DNA of 64,000 nt from Balanoglossus misakiensis (lineage: Eukaryota > Animalia > Hemichordata): contig CM082582.2 of the NCBI GenBank assembly GCA_040954595.2, positions 1,470,203 through 1,534,202 of the forward strand. The letters are read 5' to 3'. How positions within the stretch are numbered: the first letter of the stretch is position 1; each line of letters starts with the position of its first letter. Below the pieces are notes generated by a model. It made no database searches and was not told where the DNA came from. It worked only from the letters and a program-made list of their open reading frames with translations. A program made the translations under genes and the position numbers. Below, piece by piece: positions 36,628 to 48,002 of the stretch.

Positions 36628-39600
36628 GGCTGGGGGCTGCAGGCAGAATATATGACCAAAGGATACGCGTGAAAAAAAGACAATTACCTACTTTGCTACC
36701 GTGGGTCTTTGACTAATTAAAACATGATAACGTGCATCAAAGCCAGCCGAGGCTTCAGGGGCATAGTATTCCTGAGTTTATACGCGAAGAAACCAAGAAA
36801 TATTCATGAGTATGTAGACGGAACTTGTCTTTTAGCTCAAATTTGACCTGGCTTGAGGTCACTGTGACAGCGCAGCCAGCGGTAGAATTGGGGTAGGCAT
36901 GAAGAACATATCTACTACAAAAACTGGTGAGGGCGGGGGGGGAGATAAAGGGGGGGGGTGGGGGCTTTTCAGTTTAGTCACGGTCCTTGGTTTTGGCCTT
37001 CGGCTTCACTAGAAAAGCCAAAAAACCACAATGCCGAAGGCCAACTCGTCGAAGCACCTGGTACGTCTATGGCAGAAGTCAGTATTTACATGTTCTGACT
37101 CGGTACACGCCATGCACTTGCCAAGAGATTCCACGAGGAATACCATGATGATGAACGGCTCGGGCGTCTTCGTGTGCACGAAGACACGATACTAGACTTC
37201 ATTGACCCTGTCTCATTCTTTTCTTTTCATGCGCATAAGGACATGAAAAGTCGACCTAACCTTTTGTTTTATCACTTACTGTGGTTTTATAGGGATGCTG
37301 TCAGTGAAAAAGTGGCACATTCGGGTTGTTGCCTTATACTTAATTTCTCCATTTCTATTGGAGCAGGCTACACCGGGCCCAGGGTCGAACTTAAACCAAT
37401 TTGCAGCCGTGATGGTCGAACAATGTCCGACAAACTTTAGGCACGTCAAGCTTATGCCTTCCTGGGTCGCCCGACAAGAATGAACTTCTATTTTAACGAT
37501 AGGGCCTATTCCAATCGATACCCGCCGTATCAGTCACGCAATAATGAACACGAAATCCAGATCCCCCAAAATGATGTTTCACTAGACTCGGGGAGAGTGC
37601 TGTTTAGTACCAACAGGCAATTAAAGGTATACGGTCACCTATGGAAAATTAGCTATAGTTACCATGGCAAATTGAGATGTAGCCAATCACAGATTTTTAG
37701 TGGGTGGCACACGCGAAAAAAGAGCGCCGCCATATGTTCTCATCTCAGCCATATATGGTCCTATGTAACCACCTCATGTCATTTACAGAATTGGAACACC
37801 CTAAAGAATGTCATGCAGACAATGTCACGTGTTGTTCCATGACCAACCAAACAACAAACTCATGTCCAAATCAATTAAATTCCAAAGAATGCTCCAAATA
37901 TGCAGAATTGCCACGCAAGTCGAGCATACTTAAGCACTCTGCACAACTGAAACATAAAATCCAAGCTTTTAACAATACAACAATAAACAATCCATTCTGA
38001 TCGAATTAATGACCAAATAAAACGAAAAACACAACTCGACCCACAAAAAGTATACGAAGCGCTTTTAATCGCTCATTAATGTTTGATCTCGAGGAGACGT
38101 GTTAAAAAATCCGCTATGAAAAGCAGGGGAGAACAATAGCCTATTTTTACCAGGTAAACAAACACCAGGTAAAAATCCACCCATGCTTCCAGACCGCTCT
38201 AGGATAGTGATCCACCCAATGAAACTGTATCTCTTTAACTTTAATTTGCAAACTCGTGGAATTGATCATTTTATAAATCGCTCCATTTTGACGTTTTCTC
38301 TGTGGTTTGTTAATACGAATTTTGTCTGTGCCAAATCTGTCCTCTAATACTGTCACTTGTATTAGAGTTCAAATAACACAGAAGTATAATACAACGTTTT
38401 GAAAAAGACAGACATTTTTCGTGGGAACGGTGATATACTTAGGCCACACTCGAGCTAAAAACAAAAGTCTATATTTTATCAAAAATGCCTTGGACGCACA
38501 AACATCTACAGGATGTGGAAGGGGCGGGTCAAAACCGCGATCTACAACTGTGCCTCCCCCCCCCGGCTGTCTTGCTTCTATTTGGAGTGTCAATGTGTGA
38601 TTTAGCGTTGTTTGCGGCAGATACTAAGCTTTGTTCTTGTTTCACTCCATTTGCTGCATTGTGCTGTGCTCTGGTATTTCTCCAGGGTCTACGGTTACAC
38701 TATAGGCTGATTAGTCGTATCTTTACTACACAGACAAAAAACTTCGAAGCTTTATGTCTGTGCCTTTTATGAACAAGCATCGTCCGATTCGAATTCGACT
38801 CGTCATCGGTAGCTATGTTTATTTCGCCCTTGGAGACCTCCCCTGGCCTCGTTAGGATGACTGTTACCAGGACTACCTTAAACCAATCTTTTCGAACCGG
38901 ACGGTACACACGACATGTCTATGTTAATTGTCCAGGTACCAGAGTGTACGTGTGGGCTCCCTAAACCCCTCATTGGCGGCCGGTCCCTGTCCGAATAAAC
39001 ACGTTTGACAGACAAAAAATGATGAACAAGTGGCTTACTTCAATACTTCGTTAACTAGACGGCTGAACTCTGAATGTTGATTCAGCAAAAAAAATGTGTT
39101 TACGGCAAGGTTTTGATCAATACGACACATTTACCATTGAAAACGCCCAAAGTAAGTGGGGGCGTTTGACCATCAATCAAACCCACGCCCAGGTGCATGT
39201 GAACGGCCGAAGCAGTGTAACGTTTCACATTCCGTGCAACGTCCGACACTGTGTGAAAGCGGTTGCTGTCGGGTGGCTTGACCTAATTTTCGTACATTGA
39301 TATGCATTTGACTCCTCACTACCTGTTTTCTTAATATTGCTAAAACTTTGCGTTGAAATATCACTGAAATGTTGATGATCCACGCACAAGTCGTCTACCC
39401 CGGCATGAAAAGCTTTTATACAAGAAAACTAATTGCACATGACCACCAAGGTCATACCGCAAGGTGTGTCTAAATGTCGAGAACGACCATGACGGAGGAA
39501 AAACCGACAAGTCATTGTGTAACCTGTTTACTTGCCAATAGTCAAACGTCAAAATTTACTCTCAACTTGGTTGCAGATCGAGTCTCCCGAATTTCCAACT

Positions 39601-40282
39601 TTTATGATTGGGTAAATACCGATATGCGACTGGTATGCGACGCGTTGACGACGCGAAGATTTTGTTGAAATCAAATGGTTTGTCAAATGTCATCTCACAG
39701 TGGAGATACCGTGGTCATCTGACATGAAAGGGTTCGATTGGGTCTGACCGCCGTCGTTCATCCATGCTTAGAAAGCGGCGATCATGGTACAATGTAAAAC
39801 CAAGGTCAAACCTTACTGAACACATGTATTGCATGGAGAAACTTTTCTCCCTGTCTGTGTACTGAACACGTACCGTGATTGCCATAGTTACAAACGTTAC
39901 CACGTGAGAGAGAGTGCATTTTACATCTGTCTTTTCAATTTTGTTGCTTTCTTACTATTCGGAATGATGGAGTCGAAACGAAAACTTTTTGCTTCAGGTG
40001 GACCTAGGGGAAATACCTTATTTGTGACTTTTTTCATGACCCTAAAAAGACGTCGGAATTAATGTGGCTGAGGTCACTCAGGACGACGGAATGGTTGAGC
40101 GATTTTATTTTATGAGCTCCCACTAGTATTTGTTTTATTGTTTCGGCAGTGTGTCGCGTTATTCGAGCAATCTGCAGTCTGAAAACGAACGGTTTTCAAA
40201 GTTTATAACAGAAGAACAGGGGTTTAAGCATGAAAGGTCCTGTTGTCTCCCTCGCTGTGTTTGTGTCACTGTGTCTTTGACG

Positions 40283-40482
40283 TCTGACTGACTGATTAAC
40301 TGGCTGACTGACTTACTGACTGTCTGTCAACGTCGGTCTGTCTGACTGTCTGCCCCCTCTCTCTGAGAGAGAGAGTGAGCGAGCGAGCGAGCGAGCGACC
40401 GATGAGTGTCTCTACTGATGAATGTTGCTCTGTCTGTCTGCTTGTGTCTGTCTGCCACTCTGCCTGTTTCACTCTGTCTCTC
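40283..40482. repeat. mixed microsatellites (CTGA, CTGT, GA, GAGC)
   Basis: Visible directly in the sequence. Confidence 0.8.
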
Positions 40483-41113
40483 CTAATTTCTTTAAATTTA
40501 GGGATATGCTATTAATGCGATATGAAAGTCAGACACGACGGAAACCTTTTATTCTCAAAACTGTCTGTTGTTTGCTGTTAAATATTGCAAAAGGTTAAGG
40601 GCCCTTTTCGCACGAGACACATGGCTTTGCAGCCGTAGCTCCCAATGTCATAACGATTACCCGAACTACCCTAATTTTAGCCCGCCGACCCAAAACAGTT
40701 TAGATCTTCGTAAACCGGAAGTAAAAATAACGATGTCAAATATACAACAATTCATGAAAATTGCGAGAATCACGCAAGAACTATGATGTCATTCTTCTAC
40801 ACTACGACGGCCAAAGATATAAAAAAATTGAAAAATAAAAAAATGTCCCTTTCTACCTACCCTATTTTTGAAAACCATGTAATCGGAATAGCACATATTA
40901 GTTTTTTTGGCCTGAGACATATCCAATTTCCCAACTGAACATGACACGTGATCAAGCATTTTCGACTTATCAGATGCAATCGCTGAACACCTCACACTAA
41001 GCGAGGTTTTGTCTGTCTTTATACGCGCCCTTTGTATTTGTGCGTGACATGTCCAAGCCTTGTTAGGATCTCCCATAAAATTCTACTCAAATGATGTATA
41101 CTTTCATACTTAC

Positions 41114-41195
41114 GACTGACAGGTATTTTCAGCGTTGCCAGCTGATTGTTTGTCAGGTACCTCTTTATAACAAGACGCCCCTCTGAGTTGATAAC
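41114..41195 (-). CDS. exon 2: C-type lectin N-terminal part (GYQLRGASCYKEVPDKQSAGNAENTCQS)
   Basis: CAG/GTAAG, 82 bp, phase 1-2; joins exon 3 in frame to give CQSFYGGHL. Confidence 0.88.
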
Positions 41196-41891
41196 CTGCA
41201 ATGTAACATCATTCAATTGGTCTAGTCATGTTAGCATTAGTAAAATGCTTCAAAAGTGTTAAAGGGACATGATACAAGACACCGTTTATGTTAGTGAATG
41301 AACGTTCAACCACACACAACTTCCATCCCGCTTGTATGATACGAGAGTAAAAACCCGCCCGAAATGAATAAATGGTACAGACCGTTTATTCATTTTGGCG
41401 ACTTTTTAAAACTCTCGTGTCTATACAAGCGGAGTGGAAGGTGTGTATGGTTGAACGTTGATTCACTATATCCACATGTAGAATAATATAAACGCAGTCT
41501 TGTATCAAACATAATTAATGGAAAAAGGGCAGCGAGAGAGAGACTTTGTCCCTTTAATGAATACAGCCACAATGTTCTGTTTATATCTACTGACGGACCA
41601 GGCATGGATTGTCACGTATAATTCTTTGAAACGTTTGGTCCTCTGAAGAAATCTGAGCACTCATCTACTCAGTTTGCTTATTTTGTCTTCCTCCACCAGT
41701 CAGTGGTATCGTCCGATTTGATACTCCACTCTAAGCCTCTTTCTGAATGGCTATTTAAGTTGTGATCTGTAAGTCTTAAACCTTTCATCACCCCCCCCCC
41801 GTTTCCTCTTTAGAGGTCCAACATTACCATAGAAAACAATTGGTTTTGACTGAACCATATTGGTGAAAGGGCTAGGGTCAATTCAACTTAC

Positions 41892-41949
41892 CTTCTGGAC
41901 ATTCATATTTCACAAAGGGTGTTCCAAACAGTGCTCCAAGATCCAATTG
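41892..41949 (-). CDS. first visible exon (QLDLGALFGTPFVKYECPE-G); has an acceptor, so a start/signal-peptide exon should lie further upstream
   Basis: CAG/GTAAG, 58 bp, phase 0-1; yields the long-form CTLD start CPEGY...SCY. Confidence 0.8.
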
Positions 41950-43965
41950 CTGTTACAAATAAACAATAAGTTAGCTGCCAGTACACTCAATGATGTACGC
42001 GCAGAACGTCAACTGGTAAACAGTGCGCCTGTGTCTCTTCCCATAGGAGTACATGGAGAATAGTTAGAAAACTCCCTTCTATTATTGTCATTTTCAGGAA
42101 ATTTTACACATAGCTCCGACAAATCAAAATAAATTCACCACGGTCTATTTTGAGATAAACTTTGTTCAATATTGTATCCATAGGCAAACCATTGGTAGAA
42201 AATGCTGACCGTCAGCAGTTTTCTTCAATTATCGACTAAATTCACGGCCTTGTTTAAAGTCGAAAACAAGTGCAGTGACCCAAAATGGATTTTCATTATA
42301 CATACAAATCAGAAACGAAAATCCACGATTAAAAGAAATGACAATACAAAACACCGTTTATGTTAATGTAAATGTGGATATATAGTGATGCAACGTTCAA
42401 CCGCACACATCTTCCATCCCGCATGTAGACACGAGAGCGAAAACTCGCCAAACTGAAAAATCGGTCTCTACCATTTATTCATTTTGGGCGAGTTTTTACT
42501 CTCATATCATACAAGCAGGATGGAAGTTGTGTGTGGTTGAACGTTCATTCACTACATATACACATGCCCATTAATATAAACGGTGTCTTGTATCAAACAT
42601 TATTAATAGAAAAGGGCGACGGGAGAGAGAGTTTGCCCCTTTAAGGCGACATGATGCATGAAGTGGCGAGAGATAAACGCAACTGACCACCGCATTAAAC
42701 ACTGTCAAGCAAGGCACTTCAAATGCCAATTGTTTAAGTGTGTACTAAGTAATAGCTTCATGTACCATGTCCTGGGGGGGGGGGGGGAGGGGTCAAATCA
42801 CAACAGTTGGACATGTACGAATATGAAGAGACGATATCAGTTTTTTCATGTCTTCCTTTAGTAAACAATCTTTTTTGAACTTTGTATAGAATTCATTGAA
42901 CTTTACTTTAGCTTATGAACTCTCATTTGCACATCGTCATCTTGAAATTGTGTCGACTTTATCATAAGGTTTTTATAACTCAACTAGGTCGCAAAACCTA
43001 TTTAAGTTAGTGAGAATAGGACGTTCACCTTTTGGGTTGATGGCTACAGACATTAATCCTGACTCATACACATGTTGCAGCCAGTATACTCTGCAGACAT
43101 TGGACACAATAGTTTTACTAACCATTGAATTTTATTGGACCATCAAGTTTATTGACCCATGACGTTCATATAGATTGTATGACACGACTGACGCTATAAT
43201 CGGTCCATACCTTCGGCGAGCCAAGTGTTATATAACATCATAAGATATTAATACCTATCACCCAGTCAAACGATTTCAAGTTATACAATTTCCACGCCAA
43301 TAGGACGCCTTTAGGTGGAAATGCAACCAGGTATCCTGAATAGGAAAATATTCCGGGTATCTGTCAAGTTTAGTCCCATATTTAGGGGACCAAGAGCCCT
43401 CAGGCGCTTGGTCCCCTTCTGTTATTGCTGGAGTTTGTCTTCTTTCTTCTTGAGTCGTTTTTTTGCGCCCGTTTTTCTCTGAAATTCCGGCAGGTGCGCC
43501 TTCCAAATTTGGCACGGTGGTTGGGGCCCATAGTACTGGTGCACCAGCCCTTTGAATTTGTAATTAGTCACGTGACTTTGTTGCTATAATCGAGCGAAAT
43601 TTTCAAATTGACCTAATTTGCACGTTAATGGGGGCATGTACATTCTTTTCGCGATTTTTGTAGACCATGTGGCCAAAATCCCCTGTGCCAAATTTCAAGG
43701 TCCTAGGCCACGTCGATTTTGAGAAGAAGATTTTTGTAATATTTTTTCGCTTTTTTTGGTGGGCTGAGGACGGACACTGGGGCATCGGACTTTGACCGTC
43801 ATTACGTTATGTTGTGGAGATCTCATTAGCAGGCTACTCACTTCTGGCGGGTTGCAGTAGTCCTTGGAAAATCGGCTGAAATACGTAAACAGACCAGTGA
43901 TTATTTTCCACGGAATGAATTTTGGGACAACACATTATCGGAGTTCAGGCTGTGTTAGGGCGTTT

Positions 43966-46900
43966 TATTGAATTACGCTGAGTTTGGATTGACTACTGTG
44001 TTACCACTGAAATTTCTCATAGCAATGTTCTTTCAATTTCGAGTCTTTGCAATGTTGTTGACTCCGACCATATTCCTGTTTCAATAGAGGTTCATTTCAA
44101 CACTTCTGCTGATGAAAGCTTCAGCAGTAGTTCCTTCAAGCAATGTAATTTTCGAGTTGATTGGAAAAAATTGTCACAGCAGAATATATCCGCCTACACC
44201 GGTTGTACCAAAGCCAAGATTGATAAGATTAATTTATCCGAAGAGTTATTCTGCACTAATGTGAACTGTACAGACCCTTCGCATTTACAGGCAATTGATA
44301 CTTGTTATAGTAGTATTGTGGACGCATTGAATTGTGCTGCAAAAGATACCATTAGACGTAAGTTTCACCAGAAAGTTCATGTTGTGCCTGGCTGGAACGA
44401 TTTTGTAAAAGAAAGTCACGACTATGCCCGTTCCATGTTTTTATTATGGGTTAATGTGGGTTAACCTAAACAAGGCCCGCTTTTTGAAACCATGAAATCT
44501 TCCAGAGCTCGTTTTTAGTATGCTTTACGTGCTTGTAAAAAGATTGAGAATCAAAATAGGGCTGACAAGATGGCTGATAATTTACGCTGCCACAAACAGA
44601 ACGACTTCTGGGAGGAAGTCAGAAAGCAAACTAGCAGAAAAGCGCCGCTTTCTGACACTGTAGGTGGAGCGACTGGTGAGAGTGAAATTGCAATTATGTG
44701 GCACAAGCATTTCAGTGATATTTTGAATTCTGTCCAGGCTCAGACTGGTAAAAATGACATCGAGGAGAAAATGAAGTATGTTAAATTTTCTTCTGATATG
44801 TATGTTTCTGAAGACGAAGTAATTTCTGCTATACATAAGTTACCTGATGGTAAGACAGCTGGCATTGACAATATTTTAGCTGAGCACCTCAAATTCTCAG
44901 ACTCCTCTATTTTACCCTTTTTGACTTGTTGTATTAATGCAATGATTGTTCATGGTTACCTGCCAACTGAGGCTATCAATGTTAATTTAGTTCCAATTAT
45001 TAAGGATAAAACTAAGCTTTGTAGTGATGCCAGTAACTACCGGCCGATAGCACTAGCAACTGTTTTCTCTAAAGTTTTTGAGCATATTTTACTTTCTCGT
45101 TGTGAGGAGTTTCTTACCTCTCATTATTTACAATTTGGTTTCAAGCGAGAACATTCAACTGACCTGTGTTTATTTGCATTTAAAGAAATCATTAGCTACT
45201 ACACCAGCAATGGAAGACCAGTGTTTACTTGTTTTCTGGATGCTTCAAAAGCTTTTGACAGAGTTAATCACTTTAAACTGGTTATAATTAACAAGCACAT
45301 CGACAGGAATGTTCCCTTGTATGCTGTACGAATTTTATATTAATGGTACAGAAATCAATTGTTTACTGTGTTGTGGGGTAATGAAACCTCAGAGTTGTTT
45401 TCTGTTTCTAACGGTGTAAGACAAGGGGGGGTACTCTCTCCCTATCTTTTTAATGTCTACATTGATGATATTATCAATGCACTCTGTAAAGCCAAAGTTA
45501 GCTGTACCATGTGTGGTGTCAGCGCTAACACTTTAGGTTACGCTGACGACATGACTCTACTCAGTCCAAGTATTAAGGGTCTACGCCGTCTTCTTAGAAT
45601 TTGTGAAATTTATGGCAAGGATTATGATATCATTTATAATTCTAGTAAAACTGTGTGCATGCTTTTTAATGGGAAGAATATGAGCGTTCAAAGAATTCCT
45701 TCGGTTAAACTTAATGACATCACTTTAAAGTTTGTACCTGTACACACCTATCTGGGCCATGTTATATCTTGTGATGGTTGTGATAATGAAGATATTGAAC
45801 GACAGAGAAGAGCATTTTGTGTAAGAGCAAACATGCTATTGAGACATTTTCAACATTGTAGTCAAGATGTGAAGAAAGTTTTATTTTTGGCATATTGTAG
45901 TAATATTTACTGTTGCAGTTTGTGGGCATCCTTTAAAGTTAAACCGATGAAAAAATTTAAAACTATGTACAATAATGTTTGCAGAAGATTTCTCGGTCTT
46001 CCGCCATTTTGCTGTGCATCGGGTATGTTTGCTACAAACCATGTACATGTATTGTCACTTGGTGAAGTTTTTAGACGCAATATGTACAGTTTTAAGATGG
46101 GTCCCTGGGATCTTTTTGCTCGTTGCTGTGGGCCTTTATAGGACATTACACCCCGATTTGGACTAAGCCGTTTTCAGAGTCTAACAAGGGGCTGGTAACT
46201 AGTTGAAAATCTGCACGATTATGTGCACACCCCCTGTCCGAGTATGTTTACGGCAGCTACCACCCGGCCATAGGCCGCCACGCTAATACGGCAAAGCAGC
46301 GGTCAGCGATAGCGTGCGCGTCCTGTAACCACAGTAACTGGATCGAACGCTAAAAATCCAATGTTTTGTACACAGAGATTTTGTACCGTTCACGAAAATC
46401 CCTAAGGCTTTTTTCATAGGCCACGTACGCCAGTCAAATTTGACCTGCTTGTTGAGAACGCACTTCCGCACAGTGTGACGGATCGTTTTTTCGGTTTTCG
46501 TCGTGCTAAGAAGCGATACCGGTGGAAGAGTGCGTCCAAAAACACCCAAAATCGATGACTTTTTCAGGTGTGGTACGGGTATGCTGAAATCTTAGGATAC
46601 AACGATAATATTCGAAAACAAAATCCGTCACGATCTTCCCTGGTTCAAGCAACTAATGAATACGTATCAAGTTCGTTTTTGAGGTCACGGAATAAAAAGC
46701 CTTAGGCTTTTAAAATTTGACCTAGCTAATTTTCATATCAATGGCGTCAGGGGGCGCGCGCTCACAATCGTGCAGATTTTCAACTAGTTACCAGCCCCTT
46801 GTTAGACTCTGAAAACGGCTTAGTCCAAATCGGGGTGTAATGTCCTATAAAGGCCCATAGCAACGAGCAAAAAGATCCCAGGGACCCATCTTAAGCGTAG

Positions 46901-47117
46901 ACTCGAAAATTCTTCTAATGTTTTACTTGATGCGATCTGTTCATCAGATAGAGCGACTGACAGCATATTTTTCAAACATTGGCGAAAGCAATTGTATATC
47001 ATGTAAGTTTTTTTTTGTGTGTGTCTCAGTGTCAGATTATTATTATTGTTTTTTTTCTTCTCTCTTTTGGGTATATGGACTTTTTTTAAAGTCTGAAATA
47101 AAGAATTGTTATTATTT
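43966..47117 (+). mobile_element. 5'-truncated, decayed CR1/L2-group non-LTR retrotransposon (endonuclease tail, reverse transcriptase, 3' UTR)
   Basis: APE C-terminal WIDYC...SDHIP; RT motifs NYRPIAL, QFGFK, FLDASKAFDRV, GVRQGGVLSP, YADD, YLG. In-frame stops near 44462, 44517 and 45341. The ORF resumes after the insertion (FKRRLENSSN...HWRKQLYIM*, stop 47004-47006). 3' end tatggac...gtctgaaataaa plus a ttatt tail. Confidence 0.92.
46096..46890. mobile_element. 795-bp non-autonomous DNA transposon with 125-bp TIRs and TTAA TSD (Kolobok-like), nested in the LINE
   Basis: TTAA|GATGGGTCCC...GGGACCCATC|TTAA. TIRs 46096-46220 and 46766-46890 differ at one position that I could see. Removing the element restores the LINE reading frame. 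Confidence 0.92.
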
Positions 47118-47439
47118 GTTAGCTGTTGCCATTCAAATGTGTCTACGCAAACCTGGCTACACTGGCAGTGGGCTTTGACTCTAAGTCGCTAATGTTGTGG
47201 GAGGTTTCATTAGCATTGTAGTCACATGTAGTGGATAGTAGTTTGGGAAATTGCCTGAAATACGTCAGCAGACCAGTGATTTTCTTGCACGAAGGGAGTT
47301 TGGTACCAGCAATAATCAGAGATCAGGCTTCGTTGCCGTTCAAAAGTTCCTACTTCAGTCGTGATGTTGCAACTGGACGTTCAGTATGGGGGTCGGCCCG
47401 CAGGTGGCCGTGTGGGTTATCAGGTCGCCCGTAACGGCA

Positions 47440-48002
47440 CGCAGCTACATGTAGCTGTATGGGACCAAAATAATACACCCGGTTCGGGGGTCACCTGTGA
47501 CACCTGCGTAACTCAATAATTATGTGCATGCGTAATTGTGGGGTCAATGAAAGGGGTGGTAGCGTGGTATTTGTTGCACATGGATCAATATGAAGTCCGA
47601 TTTTCCCGTCAAGTTGTGGGCGACCTTATGTGACCTTTCACCTACTTTTGCTTAGTGAGCATCTACAGAAGATGCATGCAGCTTTGGCTTGGGGGGGGGG
47701 GGGGCATATACGGATGGGACCATAATGATATACCAAAGGCGGGGTCACCTGTTGCACCTGCCTAAGTCATTGATTTTGTACATTTAATTGGACACTAACC
47801 AACAGGGCGATAGGTGTGGTTTTTGTTCCACAGGGACGAATGTAAGTGTCAGTTGGTTTTTGCCCAAATGTATAAGGTGATTTTGATGACCTCTGTCATA
47901 CAGTGCCATATCTCATCCCGTTGTACAGGTGCAGCTTTGGTATTTGGAGGGATGAAACTATCATGAAATGCCAAATACAGGGGGATACCTTTGACACCTG
48001 CC
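47440..48002. repeat. old degenerate ~240-255-bp tandem repeat bordering the satellite
   Basis: gggg.tcacctgt..cacctgc motif at ~47486, ~47741 and ~47980, each preceded by gcagct...atgggacca-like sequence. Confidence 0.6.

Larger units (their letters stand above)
22551..41949 (-). pseudogene. uif: Uninflatable-like multidomain gene (CLECT-CUBx3-CCPx4-EGF-Ca x2), 16 exons, partly disrupted; either a pseudogene or a gene with decayed, skipped modules
   Basis: Exon phases chain consistently. Domain order and motifs (CPEGYQLRGASCYK; DCPEIVISEGVVTS; GYLLYANNGTGGFYL...TG...DVYTFNQSCV) match my recollection of insect Uninflatable; no database search was run. Frameshifts, a nonsense codon and splice lesions are confined to five exons. 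The signal-peptide exon and downstream exons were not found in the window. Confidence 0.75.

Noticed and set aside
43020-43300. Candidate first (signal peptide) exon of the uif-like gene
   Set aside because: No stop-free, hydrophobic ATG-initiated frame ending in a phase-0 donor was found.
45975-47002. Two ORFs ending in the same peptide (RWVPGIFLLVA.GLYRTLHPDLD) on opposite strands
   Set aside because: These are simply translations of the two 125-bp TIRs of the nested transposon.
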